Position numbers and translations under genes: made by a program. A stretch of 64,000 bases of DNA, taken from positions 581,766 through 645,765 of the forward strand of contig NMRA01000034.1 of assembly GCA_002633005.1 (NCBI GenBank). Direction: 5' to 3'. This document shows positions 13,318 through 27,605 of the stretch, piece after piece; the first letter of the stretch is position 1; every line of letters begins with the position of its first letter. The notes beneath the pieces were generated by a model that did not search any database, had not been told where the DNA came from, and was given only the letters and a program-made list of their open reading frames with translations. Source of the stretch: Phoronis australis (lineage: Eukaryota > Animalia > Phoronida).

Positions 13318-13669
13318 AGCTGCCTTTCCTGAATAACTGGCTAAAAATGGAAATTAAATTGGTCCGTTCACACTTAAAGAATCTAGTGCTGTAGCACTCA
13401 TTGCCATGGTAGAATCTGGTGCTGTAGTATTCATTACCAAGACAGAATTCTATTTCTGTTGGCCAACTTATGTCGCAGATGACATTTTCTAATTTTTAAT
13501 TGTAGGAGTGGGCAACATCAATCCAAATAAACTTTCTCCTGTTTTCTCCTGTTGATGATGATTTCTATGAAAATAGAATTCTATCACGGTAACGAGTACA
13601 TCAGTTTCATGGCACTAAATGGTCTAATTCGATTTCCACTATAGCCAGTTAAACAAGGCGAAACACAGT
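13318..13669. mobile_element. Palindromic MITE flanked by TTAA (Kolobok-like); relatives at ~42060-42340 and 57124-57321
   Basis: TTAA|AGCTGCC...aactggctaaaaa at the left, tagccagttaaacaaggcgaaacacagt|TTAA at the right, and internal inverted tagaattcta arms. Confidence 0.55.
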
Positions 13670-16600
13670 TTAACCAAAGAGCCAAAATTAACAGTTGACC
13701 TGTGATGTAGTCACAGGAAATGGTCATTGCTGTGTCACATCATGTGATAGATCTATTTTCGAATGGATTAGCGTGCCATTTTTGAATTTCAGAGCGGATG
13801 GCCAACTCCAATAAAATCATCAATTTTCCGACAAGTTTCTTGACCTTTTGAAGATTTGTATTTTCTTTGTAACAGAAACACGGTAAGGAAAATTTTGAGA
13901 CTGAAATTATAAGAGTATACGACCTAACTCAAATTTTATTTAAGGCAGCTATACAGGGCGAAACGCAGTTTTAATTTAGGACAGTTTCTTTGATTGGGGC
14001 AATATGTCAAAAAAGTAGAATTTTTCATAATCTGTTACATGAGAGAAGACTTCTTCTAAAGATAACACTGATCAAATTGTATACAGCATTCCTGATGGCC
14101 AAATGCTCTCACTCATGTCAAAATTGCAAACACGATCAAAAAAATTTAAACACTTTTTTTAAACACTTGTTTTGAGTTCAGAACGGGAAATTTCATTTTG
14201 TGTTTAATTTTGAGAGTGTGTATCATTTTAAGAAACATTTTTCATTATATTTAAATAAAGCAATAGCTTGATATAATTTGCCCACATTTTGAGAATCAGT
14301 TGGATGTCCATTTTCAGGTGTAGAAAACTGGTTTGCAAAATGCGGGCACATTATAATCCAACTAAAGTAAAAATTATTCACGTTGGGACAAACATAATTG
14401 CTAAAATTGCCATATTTCTATTTTTGGAGGCTTACTGCATTGGTGAAAATCCTCATAATAAGAAAACGTTGATAGTTTGGTAACAGTTACGCCATACAAA
14501 CATAATGCAAAGTAAATTTTCCAGAAAAGTTATTTTCGTTGCAAAATTGACAAAATGAAATTTCCCGTCCATCATAATGTGTCACAAACTGAAGCAGTTT
14601 GACCATATTACCCTTAATAATAATTAAATAGTTATTTCTCCATAAAGAGTGAAAACCAATATCATAAACACTGTTTATCCTATGTATATTGCCTGTACAT
14701 GCACAGAGCACTCTTCAACTGTGCACAGGAAAACTCATTACCAAATTTCAGTAAATAACTGACATTGAAAAATAATTATTTTCTACTTGCAAATAATTAG
14801 ACATGACTTTGAAACAATCTTTGGCTATTAAGAGATGTATCGGTGTCCTAAATTTCAGAAGCAATGTTCCATTTTATCGAAAACACTAAATTTTGCTCTC
14901 CTGTTTCTTATGATTTCCATTACGCTGTTTCGGTCTTTGTGAGCCTTTTAAGACAACTATTACACTTCTGCTATAAAATTCCATCAAATGAATTTAAGCA
15001 TAAACCAGTTGAGTAAAAAGCCTTGCAAATGCTTTTTAACAAAGAAGACCTCTTTGGTTCTGGTCAGTAGCCTCGGCTAAGTCTTTTTCTAAAACCTAAA
15101 CAATTGCTCACTTTTAAACAAAGGGTTAGCCACAATCACAACCCTATTGGCCTTCTCTGACTAAAACCAGGTAGTGACCACTGCCTAAAGTGCATCAGCC
15201 ACTCCACCCCCAGTCGACACCAGAACACAGACAATCACCATTGCATCACTAATGCTACTTTAAAAACTTCCAGTAAAGAAAAAAATAACTGTTGATGAAA
15301 CATGCATCAGGTGGATGTTTTTAACATTAAGGAACTAATACATATAACCTGGGCCCAGAACCAACTATGCTATCTTGGCCTGATACAGAATTTCTAAGTT
15401 TAAAATTTAAAAGTTATGGGGCTCATTGTATCAAAGGTCAAAAGTACAGGGCTGTTTCATGAAAGTGACTTCAGGCTGTAAGACTCAAATTTTTAGGATC
15501 CCACTTCACAACTGCGGGAAAAAGGTTTTACTAACCAATTAATTATGAGCACATAACAATTTAGAAATAATTTATGAAATCTAGTCAGGAACTCACAGAA
15601 ATTGTTGTGTGGAACATAAGACCAAATCTGTCACTTTTGTCAAGTGACTTTTCATGGCACAGTGCCGTGGTCACAGTTAAGACTGTTGGTTTTTACTTTA
15701 CTTTACAGACAGCTCAATAACCTACTACTGAAGGCTGTCATTAAGCCTGAACATAAAAAATCCTCACCTTAACCTCAGTTGCAATCTCCTCATCCAAAAA
15801 AGCAGCATCGCATTTGCAAAAACGTACCTTAAAGATTGAACCGACGTGTTTGATATAAACAACACGAGCACCAACAATATGGATGCCAATTTTGAATGAT
15901 ACAGATTGCTTCCCATTTTAATAACTTAGAAAACCTGCTAAAAAAAGCAAATACAAACAGAGCAGCAATTTATGAAACGTTTCGATTTGTATGGTATCCT
16001 TGATTAATAAAGATTCATTATTTAAAGTTTTCAAGATTAACTGTACAAAATCATGGCAATATCCGTCAGTTTCTTTTTGACTAGAATATCTTTCAATCTG
16101 GGCTAAATCCCCACCGGAGTTGCACTTCGTGGAAATCGCAACATGTAAGTCTATTAACAAATAAATAATTAGCGTTATAACACCTCATCAAATCTGACTC
16201 AAGTCCCATGAAAATGCTATTTTATTGAAATGAAAGTTCAACTTTATTGCCACATAACTCTGGCCAGAGGCTTGTCCAACCAAGTTGGTGGGTCTGACAG
16301 AGTTCCGTCGAAGTCTGTCTATGGTAGTTATCTTGAAAACTACAGCAAAATATAGCAATTCTCCACTTTTTTGGCACAAAAGTATTTGCCAAAATTGTAA
16401 TTTTCCCATTAAGTACCATTCTCCTGGAGTGTAAAAATCAAATTTCCACTATCACCATCTAATATAGAATTACGTTCGATTAAACTTGCCAAGCAAGCCT
16501 TTTGTGTTGGTACACAACATTGTGGTCAAGCTGGTCAGAGCTCACAGTCACACAAAGGAATCAACAGGTGAAAGTTGAGTCTAATTTCTCTGAAAGTCAA

Positions 16601-16685
16601 CCGTTTTTCTCCGTTTAACGTAGAAAATATATCTGAAACTAAATAAGGCGATCCAGATCCTCCCAAGGATACTATTGTTTCATGA

Positions 16686-16848
16686 AATGAAGAATATAAA
16701 TCGGTAAATAAAACAACAAGAATGGATCAACTGAAATTTGAAATTTTCGGAGGTAACAACTTCCTTTATCAACAAACTGTTTTTGTTGATAAAGGAAGTT
16801 GTTACCGAAAATTCTTGTTGTTTTATTTACCGATTTATATTCTCCATT
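16686..16848. repeat. Long near-perfect inverted repeat (hairpin)
   Basis: Outer arms gaatataaatcggtaaataaaacaacaagaat / attcttgttgttttatttaccgatttatattc. Inner arms ggtaacaacttcctttatcaacaaa / tttgttgataaaggaagttgttacc around a 5-nt loop. Confidence 0.95.
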
Positions 16849-19800
16849 TAAAGTTTTTTGGTGAAAGTATTTCAAACAAAACAATCTGCTTCATGATATT
16901 TGTTGAAAGTCGTTTACAAATAGTATATCCGTTAGCACCAGGCCAGCTGTTTACAACATAATTGCTGGATTACCAAACTACTGTATCCCAACTGGCCAAC
17001 CAGTCAATCTGGATACCCATTTCACTGTGTGGTGCCTAATGATTTTTCAAATAGTGATTACCCTGGTGCAAACAATGGAATCTTCCCTAATGTTATTATA
17101 ACCACCATGCTGCTATATGTTCTTAATCTTTACTCTTGTGGAGAAATTTTACAAAATTGAATTTCACTCGAACAGCTATATATATCACCAATACATAAGA
17201 CAATGTGGAAGACAGAGGAAATTTTATTTTATAATTTTCTTTCAAATAACATAAATAACATCAAACTAATGTTCCAGCACACTATACTTCTGTGTAATAT
17301 TTGCCATCACACAAAATTCTGGCCAGTCACAACACAACATGATCTTGAAAAGTCACAAAAGGACAATTTTGCCAATTCTTTTTGTCTGGAATAGGTCGTA
17401 CTGCATATTGCAAACTAGCTGAAATAAAGAGGATTATCTTAAAAAGTGTTTTCAACTACATTTTTTATGTTCAACAATAAAGACATGTCACGTGAACAAG
17501 GTTATAAACCATAACAAACCAAACATCAAAATAAGTTAGCAAATCACGCATGGCCAGGCATCAGAGAAAGTTGCTAATTAAACTGGGTACTCCGAAACCA
17601 CATAAAGCATCTCGGCTAACACAAACTATAAACAGATAGCACATTTTTTATGTAACCAAACCAGCACCACAGTTCTGGAATCTCTAAAAACCAGTAAGCG
17701 TAAAAACTAGTCTATTCCCTCTCGTGCACATGCCGACAGCCTGGATTTCACGGCAACCGATTTCGATTGCACTCGCCTTGAACCCCAGGCGAGGCATGCA
17801 AAACGCGAGTGAAACCAACCACAAAGACTTCTATTCCGACAAGTAATCGTCTAAAGCATAGCAGCCTCACAAAGTTAATACAACAAAATCCCATTAACTG
17901 CAGATAAAATTCCTATAAACAAATCGTACAGTGAATAAGTGTCTCAAAAATTCGAAACTAGATGCCTGTTGAGGAATGCAGTGGTAACATTTCATTCATG
18001 CATAAGTGAAGTCTTGACACAAGCACAACTTGTAGGGCGGCTCGTTTCCAAATTGGTTTCGACACAAGACCTATTGAATAACCAGGAATGTGACGCAACA
18101 GAAAAAGGAACGGATAGGACCAGCTAGGCATGCATTGAAAAAATAAATAAGAGAAAGACCTATTATTATTATTATGAGAAAATAATTGACAGATTTGCTT
18201 TTGCAGAACTCAACCCACCACCATCACTAGGACAATGTCATTCACATTGATTATCATTGTCGTTATTATTCATTGTTATTATTATTTATTATTACTTTTA
18301 TTTATTACTATTGAGTTATCAATAACCAGGTGCCATAAACAGCATAGAACATTAAGAAACATTGAATGACTTCAAAAGTTTGAAGATAAGTCAATTGGTA
18401 CTGAGTGAAGAGCATAAAATATTGACCATTCTATTGGTAATCGGCGAACACCATACAAATACTGAAAGTTGGCCTTTCATTTTCATCAAACCAATATTTT
18501 ATCTACTATTGGAATTAATGTTTCATACTCAAATTTCAGTCATTCCCTCTACGTTAAAAACAAAAATTTCTAATAATCTAAGCCAATAACTTGAGCAATT
18601 TATCACAAAATTAGCACAAGTGGCATTCACAGCACTAATGGCAATTCAAGATGTGGGATGAAAAAAGATTTCACAGTTTATTTAGTAAGTTCAATGAAAA
18701 GAGGTCAATCTCATTTCAATACTGACTGAGTACAAAATGAAACTAGAAATTCATAGACTCACTGAGAGGGCAGGCTTGACATGCACCAATCACAAACAAG
18801 CATCAGGTTTCTGATAATCCTTCGAAAATGTGCTACGAATGTGTAACAAATATGTATCAGATTAAGAATTCACTTCACTGTGCAAAATCAAGCAGGTAGT
18901 CTTATCAACAATTTCAATTACTAAACCAAAAAAATTTGGTTACTTTTTCAATGGTTTGACTATATTCTTTCATTTCCTTCAAAATTTTCGCCACCACTTC
19001 GAAAAAGCTGCAGAATTTATGAAATCTTCTACGTAACTTTGATGGACCCCAACAAATTTCAAAAACTTCTGTATAATCCCCAGGGAGACAGAAATTCACA
19101 GACTACAGCGAAAATCTTAATCTGTTGTAACCGAAGTAACACTGACATAAATGAATCACCAGGACCTCCTAACAACACATGTATTATCTGTCAACAACGA
19201 CTAACAATGAGCATCTCACCTAACTAAGGTACTCCATTATGAATTGCTTTTTACATGAAGTCTAAAATGTGGTAATTCTCCAGATATCGAATGAAAAATA
19301 ATTACCAAAATGGTCATTATTCAGTGTCCAATTACATTTTTGTAAATAACGGGAACTTTAGTCAATGTTGTTTTATGACATCTACATAGTTTACTTTAAA
19401 CATGGTTGTAACTGATTAAAATGCCCTTTAATCTTGATCCAAAATAGAATTGTGTGCTAAATAAGTGAAAAATAACCACAAGTATACCAATCATCCACCA
19501 GGTGTCACCCTGGTTGAGAGAGTAGCAACTGAAGTTTCCAGAGACTCGGATTCCTGGAAACTTGCCGAAGGCAATCTTTTTTAACTCATGTGACTGGCGA
19601 GTATTAAAACTGTACTTGTTTAAAATGAACAAAGTGCAAGGCAACATTTTACCAATTTATGACACAATGTCGCCGACAAGAGGCATTTTCTTGTTTTATC
19701 CATGGAAGACATGAAACAATGAATCATTGATTTTCCATGCTCAAATTCTGACAATGTATTGAGTATTTGTGACCAATCACAATATTAGAAGCCTTTGAAA

Positions 19801-21311
19801 AACGAAGAAGGCCAATTTTAACGATTTTTTCCAGAGTCGGTGAGATTTTGCAGTAAAAAGTGAGATGGCCCATAAGTTAAACCCAACACCACACAAAATG
19901 ACACAAGTGAAAGAAGAGTATTTCTCGAGAATGCTCGGGGGCTTCCTGGTATACCCAAGTAAGATGACAGCCTTTGAGGTGATTGGTCGGAGAGTAAAGA
20001 ATGTTGAATAATGAGATAGAATTCGCCGTTTCCACTCCATTAGTGAAGATTTCTCGTCACAATTACTTGGCGACTGTCCAACATCTTCAATAAGCACCCG
20101 AGTTTTAAGGTAAATTAAATTCCGAGAGGCACATTTGAGATCTTGTGCCATGTTTTATTATTATTTCGTGTCTTGTCAGAATTTTCATAGCGGTTACCAA
20201 TCTTATATAAATATGTAAATAAATAAGAATACATGGAGAAGTTTAAGTGCCAGGTACTTAATATGTAATTTACAACAATCCCGACTACACAATAATAATA
20301 ATAATAATGATCTATTGGAGGGTAGAGTAAAACTGCCTTACAGTATTGATTAATTATCAAAGTGAAATAATTAAAATGATATTTCTATGCTAAGAAATAT
20401 CAAAATCTCTAGTGTTCACAAATACATGAGATTACTTCTGTTCTGACGTCTGCTCGGTGCAATATAAATATTATTATTTGTGTGGCGAATTTTCTCACAC
20501 GACCTGGAATGTGTTACAACACGACTGGTTAATAACACTGAGTACCTAATTTTTTATAGTACATGGGCAAATCACAAAGTAGTGCAAAGTAGACATGCAT
20601 ACAGCTTACATTTTATCGTCAAGCCAACCAAACACACACCAACCAAACAATGGCAGAATAATCTGTGAAGGTGACAAGATTATGATTGACAAATCGAGTG
20701 TCGCAACTGTGTGGACTCCCAGTAGGAAAGGCATCCAAACAACTTCTTAAACGAACCCATCTTCGGCAGTGAATTCCATATCCACGTTCACTCAAACGGA
20801 GACGAACCCCAACTCAAGAAACGCGGTGAAGCTGTAAAATGTGCGGCCTCAATGTCAATTCAGTGCTCATGTGCGGGGTTGGGGGGAAGCCCTGCTGACT
20901 GTTATTTATAAACATTTGTTAAATTTTAATACACAACTTCAGATGGGCAACAAAGTGCCTCATAGAGCAAGGATGGCAATACGAAGATGCAGCAAAAACT
21001 CGTATCAGGGGAAAAGATCGAAGAGTGTGTAACCAGCACGAACTTGGTTGCATCTCCAAATTTACATTGCGTGCGATACTAGAAGGAGGAGGGCCAGAGA
21101 CTATCCCGGTGCCTACCCTCTGATGTCACCACAGAAACAGAAACAGAAACAACTTTAAAGACTATTTATTATTAGACTCTAATTTGAACATTTGTTACGA
21201 AACCAGAATGCAATTTACAATTTAAAAGTTTAAAATAAAACTATTAACTAAAAGTAACTAAGTTTACTTAACATAGCACAAGCGTGTTTTTACAGAAGTT
21301 GCGTCATACGG

Positions 21312-21366
21312 TTGGAAATTTTGTCAAAATCCTTCGGCAAGCCTCGGAATTTTGACGAAATTCCAA
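21312..21366. repeat. Imperfect hairpin with ttcggcaagcctc loop, probably the internal palindrome of a DNA repeat
   Basis: ttggaaattttgtcaaaatcc / ggaattttgacgaaattccaa. Confidence 0.7.
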
Positions 21367-22361
21367 TAGCTTTTGCCCATGTCATAAACCCGAGACGAGA
21401 GTAGGATTGTATATATACGTTTCTAATTTTTAATTTATTTTAGAGAATTGGTGGTCTATGAGCAAATAAAAGTGATTAGTGCTAAGATTATGTCATACCT
21501 TATCCGAAGGTAGAAGACCAATATACTTTCTGAAAGTTGAAGGCGTGTAGAATTAAATTCATTTTTGACAATACCAATATGCCATTAATTGAGTCATGGG
21601 ATCAGTCTTTTTAGTCAAATTAAGCGGTTACAAAGGTGCATAGCAAAACAACCGGTTTCTTTTCATGTAAATGACAGTGATAAAATCTCTAAATTCTGCA
21701 CTCTAAATTATCACTTTCTTTTAGGCAACTTCTGAATTATTTAAAAAATCATAAGAGTTACATTTTCATTAGTCCCTCACGCAAAAGTTGAACACTTTAA
21801 TAACAATTCCATATTGGAGAATAGTGCACATAGCATAGTATCAAAGTTCCATATGAATACGATCGGGTCATTCGTGAGATATGGTGTTCAGAATTTAAAA
21901 AAATGTGGACATTTTTTGTGAGGTCGCACATGACCCTAATTTATTGACAAAATATAACACTTTACCTAATGGGTTCACTCATCAGAACAGATCTTTGCAC
22001 AAAGAACACAGAAGATATTACTGGTTCACTAACTAATTATAGCTTTGGGGAAAAAAAGATAACACAACCTCATTACACAACTGTGGTTAGTAAAATTCTC
22101 CAATTTGGGACAGAGAAATGTTAGTTATTTTGCTCAAGGTCTGAGATTGTTCCAAAACCTAGAAATATGCAATATTGCCCATCCCAAATTCAGAAGAAAA
22201 CACCAAACAGAACCCAACATTACCCACTCTGTAGACCAAAAACACAATGTCTGAAATTTGATAAATATGATGAATGCAATAATTGCCCTTGTCCTTATTT
22301 TAGAATAAAAGAAAACACAAATAAGATTACCCCAAATTAGGTGATTTTAACCACAATATAT

Positions 22362-22362
22362 A

Positions 22363-22394
<32 letters not shown>

Positions 22395-22397
22395 CAC
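22362..22397. repeat. (ACGC)n(AC)n microsatellite
   Basis: Seen directly. Confidence 0.9.
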
Positions 22398-25300
22398 GGA
22401 GGGTTCAATATCCCAACCTAAACATGCCTTGGTGAAACAAACGCCTGCAATCTGGAGTTCTAAAGCACTTCAGTCATAACCAGGATATCCATCACAACAT
22501 GGTTGGCAAGTGGCAGTGATGAATGTACCAACCATGAGCAGCACTGCCAATGACCTTTGACCCTTGTTACAGGTGTACATGTATTAACCAAGATCTGTCA
22601 CAAGCGGATGTCACAACTGATACATAAATAACCTTGAGGTACAAACACACTCTCAGAGGCTGGCACTCAACCATCCAATGAAGAGTGGAAACTGCTTGTA
22701 GCTTCAGTTCGCATAACTATAGGATACATATTTATCATTAAATCAGAACAACGACCCTGTCTCAGATTTATAAAAAACGTCAATGGCTGATAACAAATGA
22801 AGTCAAGAAAACTAGCAATCAGTATTTAGAGCTAGTGACTATAAATTTATTGGATTTTGTTTCTGTGAAAGCGAAATAGACACTGCGATATACAAATTTT
22901 TCTGGTTATAACTTCAACTGTTACTAGGGATGGTCTACATTTTCCCACACCAACAGGCCATTGAATAAAAGCTTTAAGCAAACACGACATTTGTCAACAA
23001 GTAGTTGGTCTGCAACATATCCCCCCCAATGACAGAATTCAGTCAATGTATTCACACCCCCAAAATGCTAAATCGTGTCAAGGCGGGCGAGAGGCTAACA
23101 ACTCGATCAATTAACCTCGCTGTCAACGAGTTGTACCACCTGTACAGAAGCTGATAAACAGGTGAGCGAACCTGCTGAAGACTAATGTTAGGCTACAAAC
23201 ACCTGTGACTCAGTTAAATCGCTGCAGTTTGGATCACGTAAACACAATTATCCGGATCAGTAATAGCAATAAAAGTTCACCTCACAAAATTTACACCGAT
23301 TCAAATACAAGATGTATACAAGACACATAATGACCGTTCACATCTACAACCATGTGATAAGTCAGTGATGACAACAGTTCAAATTACCGATAGGATACTT
23401 CTTAGCACTCGCAGATCTCCCGATTGAGCAGCTGAAGTGAGGAGGTAGGACAAAATCACCACCTTGTAATATGAATCGCCCCTTTTCACACAGCTTGCAT
23501 ACTAACAGCAGTAATTCATAAAATCAAAAAATTAAGGATAAATATATAGAATTGACAAGTCTAATGTATTTAGCCACATATCTACAGTACAAGTTTTAAA
23601 GTTAACATTTACTGAAAGTAGAAAACTTGTAGAATTTGATTTTTTACTTTTAACAATATCATTTACTGAGCCATGTGGCCTTGTCATTTTAGTAGAATAC
23701 AACCAGGGCAGGTATATTGAAACCTTTGAAAAACAATGGATAAACCATAGTATTTGAAAGTTTCATATGAAGCTGATCGATCAGTCATTTCTGAAATATG
23801 TTTCTAAGTTTGCCAAATTTGGACATTTTTCTGGCATCTTTCATTTGTTAATCGAAGTGAGCATAGCTTTTCATGCCGAACCAAATTAAACAGTATCGCA
23901 GCAGTACACTACGGGCAACCATTTTAGGTATTACAAAAAATTACACAATTCTTTCAAGTGACAGAGATGAGCAAAATAAGTAGAATGGCTGTCAATATCA
24001 TAAGGCCAAGGTAGGAAATGAATGCTCGAGTTTCTGTTTAAGTGAAACCATACCACTGTACAAACTGAATTCTAACAAGGATATAAGGATCAGTTGGGAG
24101 ACAAATGTTGACAAGGTGATATCTAGTAACAAATGAGACAGTTGGCAATTAAAAATGCATCCAGTGTTGCTTTATGTCAGTTTAATGAATTCCACAATGT
24201 CACACAGACTATAAATCGCAATTTATTTGAATTCATACATCACAATGATGATGCCCTAAAGCTTCAATACTTCAGTCCGTGAGTTACAGTACAATCACGA
24301 GAGGCCTGTTTCAACAAAGCATGTACCAGACTGGTCTTAGTCGAGACAGTCGTAACTTGCATTTTAATTTCCACACAGTTCATTAGCGTGGCTCCTGTAA
24401 GTGGTCATCATTAAGTCTGATTATAAAAAATTATCAACTTTATGCAAGTTTCCACTCATCTTAAGATCACAAAGTTGTGTTTATCTTGTCCTTAACAGGA
24501 CTTATGACTTCATAAAATCTGCCTCACACGACAATAAATACAAAGTGTAAAATTTTTAAGTCGGGGCAGTACACTGTCCTGGAAGCTGGCATTAGAGCAC
24601 TAAGACTGGATGCTCAGTGTCGTATCTGCCAATAACAGGAATAAAAGAACAGCACAGAGTACTGACAGCTTTTTATTAAGAGTGCAGCTAGCTGATGAGA
24701 GCAAATTCCAACATAGGTGCTACCAATTGTCATTTGTGCATGAAAAAACAATAACAAAGTTACCAAAAAATCCAACGACACAGCCTTCAGGTGTGCCCAC
24801 ATCAATAAACTGCCAGCACCTTCTATAATTGTCTCAACAAAACACATGTCTTAACCTCAACCAAATCATGAGTTTACAACACTTTAATACTGAGCCATCT
24901 CACTACTGATGTGGACAATCCACACTGAATATGGACTAAATTATTGTGGGATAGCTTGGTCTAGTTTTCTAAAGACTGGTGCTCCTTAACACCACATGTT
25001 TGCTTATAAGCATCAGTATCGCTGGACATTGCACCTACAACAATGGTGAAACACATTCTACTCTCCAGCACCAGCACTATTCTATAACAGGCAAGACAAT
25101 ATGAAGGGAACCACTTTCCACTGATAGCCCCCAAGTTCCCAGGGCTGTTTATGCAGCCTCTATTCATGAATTACATAATGTCACGCTCTGGGGAGTGCAA
25201 TCATTTACAATTAACCTGATTTTTCCCAGGTACATTCACCCTGTCATACCAAACTAGGCCAGAAAATTCCAGATATGCACTGGCTGGCCAGCATGATGGT

Positions 25301-26881
25301 TCGCGACCAGTGACAACGTAAGTACGCAACTGGTTTTAATATCGTTTTAATGTGGAAGCAACCAACGCACTGTCACAAACTGTGAAGCATTAAATTGGCT
25401 GAGCGTAGACAATACATCTTTAATTACTATGTTTTCCACTGACCCGGGACCCAATCCAGTGCTGGGCTCAATGTTACTATTAACCCATTTACAGATCTGC
25501 TGCACAAGTAAATAAAAGCTGGCAGGCGTAAGCAGCAGATGAGACTCAGCAACTGAAACAGTTTCAGCTCTAAGTGGCACGCTTCACTTATAGGCATCAA
25601 TGCATTTTGATGTCTTGAAAAGATGTTATTCACATAGCAGCTTCATTTAAAATCTTTAGTTTCTATTTGTAAAGAACCTGTGCATATGTGGCCGGCCAAA
25701 ACATATGTCTCCAAAATTACCAAACTTAGAAGAAAATTCATCTTTGTTTTATTTTATATATTTCCTGCCAATCCATATTTAATCATTTGAATTTTATGTT
25801 CATCAATCCCCATTCCTTAATTTAGTGAATTAAACAATTATTTTTCTTTAAGCAAAATTCCAGAGCATGTATATATATACAATATAATTCCAATAAAGAT
25901 CTAGTTTCTGCAATAAACTTAAGCAGCCGCACAGAAGCAAAAATGTTGATTTTAGTCGGCCAGACTATTGGTAAACAGTTTATGTGCAACCAAAATTTTC
26001 AAGACCAAAACCAGACACCCAGTTGCCCAATAAAAGTTGCCCCAGGAACAAGATGACCAGACCACCTGATTGGCTGACTAATCACAGTGCAGTTACACAT
26101 TGCCCCACCTTTACGAATGTTGTGCTCATCATATTTTAGTGTCATAGTGATGGTGCCAAAGTGATAAGACTGAGCAGCACAGAAACCGCTGTAAGTGATA
26201 GGGAAAAAAAGTACCTGTACCAACTCAGAATACGCAAGTGCCACACTGATATAGCCTTGTTACAAAACAACTACGAGTGAAAATAATTCACCTTGTTGCT
26301 ACGTACACGGCGATCAGGTGGTTGGTGGACAGCATTACGCATTCTGGTATGGATTTATTGTAGTGGAGTATTTCTCAGTGTTGTTAGGAATATGTTTCCC
26401 AACATGCCATCAAATTGCCATGGTTGTGTGGTGCCATACTTAGACAATTCACATAACAATGTTCCATGTCTTAACACCTCATTGAATGCCAGAAACTGCC
26501 TTTTATCTCAGTCAACTCAGCATGTCTTGCACACCAGAATCAGAAATATTGTTGAGCGAAGACACACTTTTGTGCTCTTACCATGTTAGAGAGTTGTATA
26601 TAGAGTATTTCCTGTACCATTTGCCTCATCCTGACTTCCGTTTACTAGGACACTAATATGCTAGGATGAAGTAGATCAGGCGTAAGAGGTACCACCTTGA
26701 ATAGGTAGGGTGAGCTATCATTACCAATATCAAGTTGCACCAGCTTAGCTTTTGCATGCCAGGCTACCCCAATCAAATTTCACAGCTTTCTTTGGGGGTA
26801 TAGATCAATCAGAGGTGTGCAGGAATCACGGCATGTGTAGCATGCTTTATACACTGAAATAGAGGTTGGGACCTATCAACA

Positions 26882-27130
26882 AAGGAACAGCAGTACCTGT
26901 TAATTCTATTTTCTTCTGCTGTAGTTAACCAAGTTTTGCTGTTCGAACAATGAAAACGTTCAATTTTTAATGATGGATTTAGTGTTTAGAGTCGTCAGGG
27001 TCTATAATAGGTTACAAAGAATGTTGCCTGCAATAGACAACAATTATCACTGACATTTATCTCTGTAAATCTCCCAAACAAAAGAAGTCAGTCCTAGCCA
27101 TGTGGTATTTAGTGCCTATTGTAATCTCAA
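26882..27130 (+). repeat. Old interspersed repeat; uninterrupted copy of the repeat split at 2916-2997 / 5087-5262
   Basis: aaggaacagcagt...gtagttaacc..ttttgctgttc.aacaat|...aatgatggatttag...cccaaacaaaagaag.cag...ctattgtaatc is collinear with both halves. Confidence 0.75.
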
Positions 27131-27137
27131 TCAGGAA

Positions 27138-27302
27138 AGGCCCTTTCATACTAATATCGAAGCGTCAATGTTTTGGGGAGTTGCATTCACTATGAACGCT
27201 TAACTTCAGTCCTGGATCGAATTAATAACGCCACTTAACTTTGCAGTAAACAGGTGGATTTAACAGCAGAGTACTGACACTGCTGCACGGTATGAACGGT
27301 CA
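27138..27302 (+). mobile_element. Harbinger-like MITE (same family as 9724-9868)
   Basis: Imperfect TIRs AGGCCCTTTCATAC ... GTATGAACGGTCA. Confidence 0.55.
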
Positions 27303-27605
27303 TTAACCATAAGTTTTGTGTCAATACAAATGTTCTCAAAATTGTCACATTAAAAAAATTAAGAGCAGAACAATGATCATTTAAGAACTACAATTACACG
27401 TAAATTAAGCATAAGTACATGTAACATAAGGTTAGGTAAAAGTACGCATAAATTAAGCACATTTCTATGCGTGAAGGCATTCGTTTAAGAATCCTTTGGC
27501 GCCTCATATCTATGAACATGTACCGTGTACAACTGATCAGCTGGGCACAGCTTTCAGGAAACAAGAGAATGTCATTGATGAATTGATATCCAAGTTGTTC
27601 ACTTA

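Noticed and set aside
15040-15095. Minus-strand VLEKDLAEATDQNQR after an AG, coiled-coil-like, possible CCDC93 exon
   Set aside because: No usable donor, an in-frame stop follows, and there is no match to the expected CCDC93 segment.
15767-15827. Minus-strand segment ending ...EEIATEVK|GTGAGG
   Set aside because: Poor acceptor and no similarity to CCDC93.
19777-20151. 124-aa ORF with KCASRNLIYL, reminiscent of a Penelope GIY-YIG endonuclease
   Set aside because: No CxxC, YVG/YIG or later conserved motifs follow. The same applies to FTCGQPILYMLDC at 53880-54077.
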